Below, piece after piece: positions 26,612 to 34,482 of a stretch of DNA of 64,000 nt; position 1 is the first letter of the stretch; each line of letters starts with the position of its first letter. The position numbers were made by a program, and so were the translations under genes. Source of the DNA: an uncultured Bacteroidaceae bacterium (GTDB taxonomy: Bacteria > Bacteroidota > Bacteroidia > Bacteroidales > Bacteroidaceae); the NCBI GenBank assembly GCA_934426255.1, contig CAKRYD010000004.1, forward strand, positions 28,320 to 92,319, in the 5' to 3' direction. The notes under the pieces are model-generated. The model was not told the DNA's origin, did no database searches, and was given only the letters and a program-made list of their open reading frames with translations.

Positions 26612-29203
26612 TCATTTGTCGGCCGAAAACGACAGATTGTCTTCGCCTTTGCGATGCGTTATGTTGATGATGCTTCCTTTTTTGACTTTTCCGCTTAGGA
26701 TAAAATCGCTCAACCCATCTTCAAGACAGGTCTGTATGGCACGTTTCAAGGGACGCGCCCCATATTGTATGCTGAAACCTTTCTCGGCAATGAAATCGCG
26801 TCCTTTCTTGTCTATCTTGAAAGAATATCCCATCTGCTTGACACGAGATTGAAGTTTTTCAAGTTCGAGCAGTGCAATCTTGTCTATGGCTTCGCGGTTG
26901 AGTTGCTCAAAAACGATGATTTCGTCCAGACGGTTGAGAAACTCCGGCGTAAACTGTTTGTTCAAAGCCTTGTTGATGATGCTTTCGTTGTTCTGCTGCT
27001 GCCATTCGGGCGACATTTCGGATGTACCGAAACCAATGCCGCGCCCAAAGTCCTGCACCTGGCGCGAACCGGTGTTCGATGTAATGATGATGATGGTGTT
27101 CTTGAAATCTACCGTGCTGCCGTTGCTGTCGGTCAGCCGGCCTTCGTCCATTACCTGCAACAGCAGATTGAACACATCCTTGTTGGCTTTCTCAATTTCA
27201 TCGAGCAGCACAATGGAGTAGGGGTGACGCCTTACCTTTTCGGTCAGTTGTCCGCCTTCGTCGTAACCCACATATCCCGGAGGCGCGCCCACCAAACGGC
27301 TGGTGGAATATTTTTCCATGTATTCGCTCATGTCGATGCGTATCAAGGCATCGGCCGAACCAAACATGTACTCGGCCAAGGCTTTGGCCAAATACGTTTT
27401 GCCAACACCCGTAGGCCCCAAGAACAAGAAGCATCCGATAGGCTTGTTGGGGTCGCAAAGTCCCATCCTGTTCCGGATGATGGCTCTTGTCAGCTTATCA
27501 ATCGCTTTATCCTGATTGATGACATGTCCCAGCAATTCCTTCTTCAGGTTTTTCAGGCGCGTGCCTTCCTGTTCGGCCATTCGGGCTACCGGAACGCCGC
27601 TCATCAGCGAAACGGTTGCTTCCACCGCGTGCCGGTCTATGCGCACATTGCGTACTTTCATGTCCTTTTCCCATTTTGCCTTAAGATCCGACAACTGATT
27701 TTCAATCTGTTTCTCTTCATCGCGCAGCAAAGCCGCCAATTCATAATCCTGCTTGTTGACCGCCATAGTTTTTTTGCCGCGAACATCTTCAAGCATCTGC
27801 TCGGCTTCGACTATATCGCCGGGAACTTCCACCTTGACAATCTGAGCGCGCGAGCCGGCCTCGTCCATCGCATCGATGGCTTTGTCGGGCAATTGGCGGT
27901 CGGTCAGATAGCGTTCGGTCAACCTTACGCAGGCCTCAAGAGCTTCATCGGTATAGCTAACATGATGATGGTTTTCATAGCTGTCCTTTATGCTGTGAAG
28001 AATGGCCAGCGTTTCCTCGGGCGTGGAAGGCTCTACCATCACTTTTTGGAAACGGCGCTCCAAGGCACCGTCCTTTTCAATCGTGCGGCGATACTCGTCA
28101 ATGGTTGTCGAACCTATACACTGCAATTCGCCACGCGAAAGGGCGGGTTTCAGCATGTTGGCGGCATCCATGCTGCCGCTTGCACTGCCGGCACCTACTA
28201 TGGTGTGTATTTCATCGATAAAAAGTATGATGTTCGGGTTTTCCTTCAGTTCGGAAACAACACCCTGTATCCTTTCTTCAAACTGGCCGCGATATTTTGT
28301 GCCTGCCACCATCGACGGCATGTCGAGCGATACCACACGTTTGTCGAACAGGCATAAGGGAACCTCGTTGCGTGCAATGCGGTCGGCCAGGCCCTCAACA
28401 ATAGCAGTCTTGCCAACGCCCGGATAACCTATCAGAATAGGATTGTTTTTCTTTTTGCGGCTCAGAATCTGTGCTATGCGCTCTATCTCTTTTTCACGGC
28501 CGAAACACTTGTCAAGCTTGCCTTGAGCGGCTTTGGCCGTAAGATCCACGCCATACTTGTCAAGAAAAGGTGTCGACGAAACTTTTTCGTTGCCTGCGGC
28601 TGTTTCGGGAGCTAAAGCACGCTTGCTCTTGTCAAACGAATTGTCGACAGACGAATCCGATTCGTCTTCATCAAAATCAAACGAATCTTCGGTCTTGTTA
28701 CCATGAATATTCGCCACTTTCCCAAATTCAATGCCTGCTTCTTCAAGCATCCGCGTGGCTATAGTGCCGGGCTGGTCGAGCAGGGCCCGCAGCAGATGCA
28801 CACTTGTTATTGTTGAACAGCCTTTATCCACAACCTCATAGACCATTTCCTTCAAGCAATAGTCAAACACCTGCCTAACCGATTCGTCAATCACGAAACC
28901 GTTGCCACAAAAATTCACTGTAGTGGTTTTTGAGCGTCTTCTTGATTTCTGCCCTTTAGGTTTTTGCTCTTTTTCGGCTGCCGCTTCGAGCATGGCCTGT
29001 TCTATTTTGTGAATCAAATCTGTGGAATCAATCTCGCTGTATAATGAACGTAGCAATTTCATGGCCATACAATTGTCGTCACGAAGAAGCCCCATCAAAA
29101 GATGCTCAGAGGAGATTCGCTCACTACCCATCCGGGCAGCTTCTTCGCGCCCGAACAACAGTACATGCGAAAAATCATAGGAATAGTTTACTTTCATCTT
29201 CAT
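26612..29203 (-). CDS. clpC: ATP-dependent Clp protease ATP-binding subunit (ClpC-type, two AAA+ modules plus UVR motif)
   Basis: Walker A motifs GYPGVGKT and GPTGVGKT. The Clp N-domain repeats are present, and the UVR-like segment is [20 protein letters not shown]. The ATG at 29203 or 29197 is preferred over TTG at 29215. Confidence 0.9.
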   Translation of the reverse strand: MKMKVNYSYDFSHVLLFGREEAARMGSERISSEHLLMGLLRDDNCMAMKLLRSLYSEIDSTDLIHKIEQAMLEAAAEKEQKPKGQKSRRRSKTTTVNFCGNGFVIDESVRQVFDYCLKEMVYEVVDKGCSTITSVHLLRALLDQPGTIATRMLEEAGIEFGKVANIHGNKTEDSFDFDEDESDSSVDNSFDKSKRALAPETAAGNEKVSSTPFLDKYGVDLTAKAAQGKLDKCFGREKEIERIAQILSRKKKNNPILIGYPGVGKTAIVEGLADRIARNEVPLCLFDKRVVSLDMPSMVAGTKYRGQFEERIQGVVSELKENPNIILFIDEIHTIVGAGSASGSMDAANMLKPALSRGELQCIGSTTIDEYRRTIEKDGALERRFQKVMVEPSTPEETLAILHSIKDSYENHHHVSYTDEALEACVRLTERYLTDRQLPDKAIDAMDEAGSRAQIVKVEVPGDIVEAEQMLEDVRGKKTMAVNKQDYELAALLRDEEKQIENQLSDLKAKWEKDMKVRNVRIDRHAVEATVSLMSGVPVARMAEQEGTRLKNLKKELLGHVINQDKAIDKLTRAIIRNRMGLCDPNKPIGCFLFLGPTGVGKTYLAKALAEYMFGSADALIRIDMSEYMEKYSTSRLVGAPPGYVGYDEGGQLTEKVRRHPYSIVLLDEIEKANKDVFNLLLQVMDEGRLTDSNGSTVDFKNTIIIITSNTGSRQVQDFGRGIGFGTSEMSPEWQQQNNESIINKALNKQFTPEFLNRLDEIIVFEQLNREAIDKIALLELEKLQSRVKQMGYSFKIDKKGRDFIAEKGFSIQYGARPLKRAIQTCLEDGLSDFILSGKVKKGSIINITHRKGEDNLSFSADK

Positions 29204-29219
29204 TTGTTGTAACAATATG

Positions 29220-29227
29220 CAAAGTTA
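29220..29227 (-). promoter_or_regulatory. -7 box (TAACTTTG on minus strand) upstream of the clpC-type gene
   Basis: Plus strand reads caaagtta, 17 nt upstream of the ATG at 29203. Confidence 0.5.
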
Positions 29228-29407
29228 ATGTATCGTTGCGGTCCAACCAAATTTTTAAACTTGCAGATTCAATAATTCTTTTGGCTCAATCGGTATGGGA
29301 CTTCAAGCTCGATATTGGCAGCCTCAAAAAGGTCTTTTGCACTCGGGCGGCAGATATCCTTGTCGCCAAGCTTCATGCAGTCATGATATTTCCTGTTCGG
29401 AATTTTA

Positions 29408-30097
29408 TTACTGCGGCTTCCCTTCTCCTATCTTTAGGCTCAGATGAAAATGACGGGATATGAGCTCCAAATCTTGTACTTTCTGTGTGTTAGAGATATT
29501 GCTGTAAACAAACCATCCGTCACATTCATGTTGCCACACACGTCCAATTTGGGGCGTACGCTGCTGTTTGCTTACAAGTTTAAAGCCTTTCCCATGCATG
29601 ATGTCCAATGCAGCAATTCGTTCAAAGCCAATTCTGCGTAAGGTTTCTACAAAGGTTTCAATGGCAGTCTTACGACATATTACAGTACCATCGGGAAACT
29701 CGACTCTTAATCCTTTTGTTGGATTTTCCACTTTTTTTGTCGGTATATGAGGTCCTACTGGTTCTACGGCTTTGCCTCTCACAACCGGTGTGCTAATTTT
29801 CTTGTCACCAGATGATTTAGGAGTAAGTTGTTTGGCATCTAATATTTCCGTTATTTTGGCTTTTCGAGAAAGTGCCACACTAATCGGATTACCCGGATGG
29901 TACTCTACTACCAGTACCAAATCACGTTGTATTTTAGACAGCAAAGGCTCTACATTCTTTGACATGGCAGGCAGAATTTCCGTCTTGATTAGCTGTTCTT
30001 CCAAATTGTCCACATCTTGTAAAGTCTCCTTATTAAGGGGAAGCCCCAAGTCCTGCAGGTTCTTGATGCTTTCATATAGTTTCTCAAGCTTTGTCAT
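29408..30097 (-). CDS. hypothetical two-domain protein (orf229): helical N-domain, K/P-rich linker, alpha/beta C-domain
   Basis: Intact 229-aa ORF with an ATG start in the AT-rich islet. The linker is TPKSSGDKKISTPVVRGKAVEPVGPHIPTKKVENPTKG. No family recognised. Confidence 0.5.
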   Translation of the reverse strand: MTKLEKLYESIKNLQDLGLPLNKETLQDVDNLEEQLIKTEILPAMSKNVEPLLSKIQRDLVLVVEYHPGNPISVALSRKAKITEILDAKQLTPKSSGDKKISTPVVRGKAVEPVGPHIPTKKVENPTKGLRVEFPDGTVICRKTAIETFVETLRRIGFERIAALDIMHGKGFKLVSKQQRTPQIGRVWQHECDGWFVYSNISNTQKVQDLELISRHFHLSLKIGEGKPQ

Positions 30098-30117
30098 AGT
30101 GTACTATTTTAAATTCT

Positions 30118-30261
30118 TCAAAACAACTTTCTCAAATCCATCGAAAGGAAGCCCTCTGCACCAATGCCTCCATCTCCCACAATGAATGCGGCTTGCGGCT
30201 TGAACATCTTCGGCACTTCAATTCGCTTTTTAATCAATTGATATTCTGCTCTTTTATACAT
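30118..30261 (-). pseudogene. 47-codon remnant resembling the N-terminus of a DUF4143-type AAA ATPase (P-loop destroyed)
   Basis: Own translation gives MYKRAEYQLIKKRIEVPKMFKPQAAFIVGDGGIGAEGFLSMDLRKLF. It follows the pattern M.KR..Y..I.KR..EP..F..VIVGPRQVGKTTL, but GKT is replaced by GAEG. It is below the ORF-track size cutoff. Confidence 0.3.
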
Positions 30262-30304
30262 TCGTATATATTTTACTCAGTATATTGAGTGTTTTTACTC
30301 ATCG

Positions 30305-30312
30305 CAAAGATA
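30305..30312 (-). promoter_or_regulatory. -7 box (TATCTTTG on minus strand) upstream of the ATPase remnant and orf229
   Basis: Plus strand reads caaagata, 44 nt upstream of the ATG at 30261. Confidence 0.45.
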
Positions 30313-30555
30313 AGAAATACATTTGATTAATATCCTTCTGTTTACAAAGAAAAATCGTATGGAAGTTCCATTCAAACGTTTTGCAATATACTTGTGGAAA
30401 TTCCCTATCATTCATGACCACTGCATGCAAGCGGAACGTGACAGGCGAACGCTTGTCACCTCTCTTACCGCACCACTTCCAAGCATCGGCATCCACCTCC
30501 CGATGGCTCGAAAGGTGATTGAAGTTAGGAAATGTTGCTTATATCCTTGTTTATG

Positions 30556-32637
30556 TCATTCTTCGCCATTATCACTTGGATCCTCTCTAAATTCAAATGC
30601 TAATTCAGAAGTCGGAATGCTGCACTCTTTAAACAAGCCTGTTAGTATGCCAATCTTTGTAGCCGTACTATTGTCTGTCCACACATAGATATTTGGTGCT
30701 AATTCTCTTCTCCACGTCTCCGGCTTAGTATGGAATCCACTCTTTTCATTAGCACATAGCCATTCAACCGTAGAACGTTTTTCTAACAGAATATGACTAC
30801 AAACCTGTATAAGCATTTCCTTCCATGTATTGACTGTATAGCGTACATCATGAAGAATGAATGCCTGCAGTTTTTTCCCTGTAAACTCGAAATCTTCGTC
30901 ATCCAAAGACGCTGACTCTACCTCTTGTTTCGTTACTTCAAAACTTGTTGTCGGCATTGGCCATAGCGTCATGAATACTTGCAACAAATTCTGTTGACGT
31001 TCCTTTAGTTCCACCTCTGTCCATTGACTACAAGTTTTCACATAGTTATTCAACCGAAAAGCACTATCCTTGAAGCCTTTCTCCATGTCTCTCTTTTCTA
31101 AAAACGACAAATTGCTGTACTGAGAATTATAACCGGTAAGCGTAAGGTTTGCCATCGTATGCAAATACTGCTGATGGATACGTTCCCAATCTGCTCCTAA
31201 TGCCTTCTTCCACTTGTCTGATAAAGTCTGAGGCATAATGTGTTCAATGGTGATGTTTTTTTCTGTCAATTCTTTTACAATGTCATGACGTTCATTGTTA
31301 TCACGGTTCTCCATTCGTTCAAGTATGAACATACGTTGATTTGTAGGCATCTTATAAACCTGTCGTGACTGAAAGTCACCTTTTACATCTTCGTCTGACG
31401 GAAAAGCTGCAGCCTGTCTCTTCTTCAAGAGTACATAAACAAGCACATCAACGTATAAAGGAACGTTCCTTCCATCTTTCTTGTTTATATGTTTCAATAC
31501 GTCACGGTGCAAAGTTGAAAATACCTTGTTCAAAGCATTTGATGGCAGATTGCAGATAATTCTTCGTGCCCAATAAGCCTCTATCACATCTATCACTTGG
31601 TAAATCTCATTTTCCGGCATTCCAACTTTTGCAGCATAATCAAAGAAAGCCATAAAGAACGGGTAGGCTACTGTAGAGTCTAAAGTTCGCAACTGATTCA
31701 ATTTACGGTTTATCTTTTCAGTCCCGATTTGTACATCATCTATCTGATTATAGATTTTCGCATAATGATACATGTCGGAGAGCAAAGATGCTCTGTCTAT
31801 TCCAACTTTCTCTGCATACTCTTTAAAGATAAAGTAAATCTTGTCAATTCGGCCAATCTTTCCTTGCTTCATTGTGAGATAATCACGCACAAAAGACGTT
31901 GGCTCGTACTTTGTAAACTCCTCAATTGGATTCCAGAAACGAGAATACAAGTCATCCTGCTCTGCCGGTTCCAATGACATTAATAGGTAGTTGCGAATTT
32001 TGTCTGCCTCACTAAGATCAAGACCTGTAGAGTTCAGACTCTCGAAAATCAACTGAGGGTCATCATCCTCATCCAGCCTTATATTGATTACCTCCAGTTT
32101 CTTGATGGTCTCAAAAATCTCATCAACAGTTAGTCCGCAATGGACTATTTTGTCAAAGAAATACTCATAGTTGCGGGTTACATTCGACTCCTTTACATAC
32201 TGCTCTTTTGTCTTATACAGCAAAGCATCAAAAGCCTGCATATCCTTCTTTATTGGCTTCAGCTTAACTTTTCGTTCATCTTCCTGATATTCGTCCACAA
32301 GATAACGCTTGAAAATTTTCTCAACAAGCTTTGCATCTGTAGCATCTATCAGTCCCTCCTTCTTGGCGTTGACCATGGCAATGAGCAGCAATGAAACCGT
32401 TGTGATTCGTTGCTGCCCGTCTATGATGTAACGGTCTTCGGTTCCCGCATGAATACATGACACGATGCTGCCAAAGAAATGACTTCTACGATCGCTTTTG
32501 TGCAGCTTCATCAAGTCTTGAAACAACTGCTCACAATTATCTTCTTTCCAGTCGTAGTTACGCTGATATAATGGTATGATGAACCGTTTGTCAGAGCCAT
32601 CAAAAAATTTTATAAGTGGTTGGGCGTCTCCTTTCAT
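30556..32637 (-). CDS. GmrSD-family nuclease (N-terminal DUF262 ParB-like NTPase plus DUF1524 His-Me finger nuclease) with ~130-aa C-terminal extension
   Basis: DUF262 motifs are FIIPLYQRNYDW (aa 19-30) and IIDGQQRITT (aa 71-80). DUF1524 motifs are ITIEHIMPQ (aa 462-470) and ANLTLTGYN. 693 aa. Confidence 0.85.
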   Translation of the reverse strand: MKGDAQPLIKFFDGSDKRFIIPLYQRNYDWKEDNCEQLFQDLMKLHKSDRRSHFFGSIVSCIHAGTEDRYIIDGQQRITTVSLLLIAMVNAKKEGLIDATDAKLVEKIFKRYLVDEYQEDERKVKLKPIKKDMQAFDALLYKTKEQYVKESNVTRNYEYFFDKIVHCGLTVDEIFETIKKLEVINIRLDEDDDPQLIFESLNSTGLDLSEADKIRNYLLMSLEPAEQDDLYSRFWNPIEEFTKYEPTSFVRDYLTMKQGKIGRIDKIYFIFKEYAEKVGIDRASLLSDMYHYAKIYNQIDDVQIGTEKINRKLNQLRTLDSTVAYPFFMAFFDYAAKVGMPENEIYQVIDVIEAYWARRIICNLPSNALNKVFSTLHRDVLKHINKKDGRNVPLYVDVLVYVLLKKRQAAAFPSDEDVKGDFQSRQVYKMPTNQRMFILERMENRDNNERHDIVKELTEKNITIEHIMPQTLSDKWKKALGADWERIHQQYLHTMANLTLTGYNSQYSNLSFLEKRDMEKGFKDSAFRLNNYVKTCSQWTEVELKERQQNLLQVFMTLWPMPTTSFEVTKQEVESASLDDEDFEFTGKKLQAFILHDVRYTVNTWKEMLIQVCSHILLEKRSTVEWLCANEKSGFHTKPETWRRELAPNIYVWTDNSTATKIGILTGLFKECSIPTSELAFEFREDPSDNGEE

Positions 32638-32639
32638 CG

Positions 32640-33053
32640 TCAGAAAACAGATTTGATATAATTGATTAGTTCTGTATTATTGCAACTTGGAGTCTCAAGA
32701 GATTTTCCACCTTTGAAGCCATGCTTGCACAAATTTTGCTCAGAAAGCATTCTGCCATCATATTCTCCAAGGAGCTTAAGTTTGTAGGTTATATCATTTG
32801 GCGGAGTTTCCACCCAAAATGCTTGGTCTTCACGTTTGCTGTTTTCCTCAACGACTTTCAGCTTGAAACGGACACATCGTTCGTCTGACATGAAAAGATA
32901 CACAACATCATCAATAGATAAATGGGCTCTTCCCATTCTCCAACTGATAAATCCAAGACTATGGATAGCATCAGCATGTCTGCACCTTTTTTTATTGGCA
33001 AAGGCTAACCATGTACGATTGCTTGACATTATATTATCTATTATAGCTTTCAT
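32640..33053 (-). CDS. hypothetical 137-aa protein (orf137), possibly a PUA/EVE-like beta-barrel
   Basis: Intact ORF. Its ATG shares one nt with the Fic stop (TAATG), and its stop is 2 nt from the GmrSD ATG. The pattern TWLAFANKK...ISWRMG...IDDVVYLFMSDERCVRFKLKVVE is reminiscent of PUA-like reader domains. No motif verified. Confidence 0.55.
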   Translation of the reverse strand: MKAIIDNIMSSNRTWLAFANKKRCRHADAIHSLGFISWRMGRAHLSIDDVVYLFMSDERCVRFKLKVVEENSKREDQAFWVETPPNDITYKLKLLGEYDGRMLSEQNLCKHGFKGGKSLETPSCNNTELINYIKSVF

Positions 33054-33601
33054 TATTTTTCATACCCCTCATAGTAATAACTCTGTTCAATCCCCTTGAA
33101 TATCAATTCACGGTTCTCCGTATCGGAAGTGAGATTCTGCGAGAGGAGATAACGCAGTTCGAGGTCGTTGATGGGTGAGCGTTCCATGGCCGAGAGGTAT
33201 TGGTTTTTATCCACATACTGCCAATTAACCACCTTGCCGAGAGAGCGTTTCAGTATCATGTCGAGCCAGATGCGTGTGGAGCGACCGTTGCCTTCCATGA
33301 AAGGATGACACACGTTCATCTCGACATACTTCTCGATAATGTGCTCAAAAGTGTCTTCTGGCATCTTCTCCACGGCGGCGAGGGCGGCTTCAAGATAGAG
33401 AGAATTGGCAAAGCGGAATCCACCCTTGGCTATATTTTTGCCACGAATAACGCCGGCAAACTGGTATAACCCTTCAAACAGATAATGGTGTATCTGCTGA
33501 AGACCTGCCGTCGTGCCAACAGGTATATTGTCTATATCGCCCGACTCGTAGAGGCGGTGTGCATTATCTAACGACTTTTCATCAATCTCTTTTGTTGTCA
33601 T
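33053..33601 (-). CDS. Fic family protein (AMPylase), class-III-like with C-terminal inhibitory motif
   Basis: Canonical Fic motif [12 protein letters not shown]. The C-terminal SYYYEG matches the inhibitory consensus [ST]xxxE[GN] 4 aa from the end. The ATG at 33601 (MTTKEIDEK) is preferred over TTG at 33607. Confidence 0.9.
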   Translation of the reverse strand: MTTKEIDEKSLDNAHRLYESGDIDNIPVGTTAGLQQIHHYLFEGLYQFAGVIRGKNIAKGGFRFANSLYLEAALAAVEKMPEDTFEHIIEKYVEMNVCHPFMEGNGRSTRIWLDMILKRSLGKVVNWQYVDKNQYLSAMERSPINDLELRYLLSQNLTSDTENRELIFKGIEQSYYYEGYEK

Positions 33602-33675
33602 GATCAATTGAATTGGATTTGTACTACTCGTTTGCCGAAATATTAAGAAAATTCTCGGCCTCTTTCTCTATATAG

Positions 33676-34042
33676 TTATTTTAAGAGTTTTCTGTCACCT
33701 GTATCTTCAAGGATTCTCATTTGTTGGATAGCAATCTGATTGAGTTTTATCAGTTGCTCTGACTGCGACATACCATCGTTGATGAATACAGCGTTGAGGT
33801 TCTCCATGTTCGAGAGGCAGATAAGCTCGTTGATGCTGGCATAATCACGAATAATTGGTGTTATTCAACTGCTCCCATAGGCCAAGATATTCCAATGTGT
33901 TTTTAGAGCATAACCAATTCTTTACCACATCTTTTGGCTCTATAGGATTCTTTTGTCTTGCTATATCTGTAATGCAGATATAATCGACTCCATCTATGGA
34001 TAGAGTCTTTATCGTTTGATTCTTTACAATTATTTTTACCAC
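33676..34042 (-). pseudogene. KilA-N domain protein pseudogene (internal deletion plus frameshift)
   Basis: The N-terminal 65 aa (33845-34042) read KTLSIDGVDYICITDIARQKNPIEPKDVVKNWLCSKNTLEYLGLWEQLNN, a KilA-N pattern. The ORF stops, and the next frame continues as IIRDYASINELICLSNMENLNAVFINDGMSQSEQLIKLNQIAIQQMRIL..., the typical C-terminus of the same family. The central ~150 aa are missing. Confidence 0.55.
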
Positions 34043-34131
34043 AATCTTATACTTCTTATTATACCATTATTATATTTAGGCCGTATAAAACAGGCATTAC
34101 GCAACCAACTTTTCACAGAAATCCTTCAATC

Positions 34132-34302
34132 TTACCTGTGAGTTATCGTTGAATGCTTCTTTTGAGAACTGCAACCTTGGTCAATTTGTAAGTTATTGGT
34201 ACACCTTTTTGATATAGTTGCAGAATCTTTTCCTAACTGTTCGGAAAGCCATTTACTTGTCTGTTTCTTCTCTACTAACACGACTTTTGTCGGTTTATTT
34301 CT
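34132..34302 (-). pseudogene. decayed small XRE-type HTH gene
   Basis: Own translation gives ..KPTKVVLVEKKQTSKWLSEQLGKDSATISKRCTNNLQIDQ.., the helix-turn-helix core of small Bacteroidales XRE regulators. There is no ATG (a stop lies where the start is expected, and a GTG is at 34281). The C-terminal half is out of pattern. Confidence 0.3.
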
Positions 34303-34329
34303 TTATCGTATCTTTTTATTGCGCTCAGA

Positions 34330-34337
34330 CAAAGATA
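34330..34337 (-). promoter_or_regulatory. -7 box (TATCTTTG on minus strand) at the upstream end of the AT-rich islet
   Basis: Plus strand reads caaagata, about 30-50 nt upstream of the HTH remnant. It could drive read-through into the Fic/orf137/GmrSD genes. Confidence 0.4.
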
Positions 34338-34427
34338 ATGGAATATCTTTAAACTCAGATTATTCTTGTAGTATTTTTATTATTAATTCACCTGTGTCTC
34401 TTCCCGTACTATCCGAGGGTTCGCCAC

Positions 34428-34482
34428 ATACAAGGTGGGAGCCTTCCGAATAGTATGTTAGAGCTTCCTGGATACAAGGTGG
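34428..34482. repeat. 11-nt perfect direct repeat atacaaggtgg x2, flanking gagc(c)ttcc x2 in mirrored order
   Basis: atacaaggtgg is at 34428-34438 and 34472-34482. gagccttcc is at 34439-34447 and gagcttcc at 34461-34468. The region is non-coding. Confidence 0.7.

Noticed and set aside
26496-26615. Possible longer start for the antiporter at 26615, forming an ATGA overlap with the clpC-type stop
   Set aside because: The extra 40 aa ([18 protein letters not shown]...) do not resemble CPA1 N-termini. A perfect -7 box lies inside the extension (26525-26532), so the ATG at 26495 is the better start.
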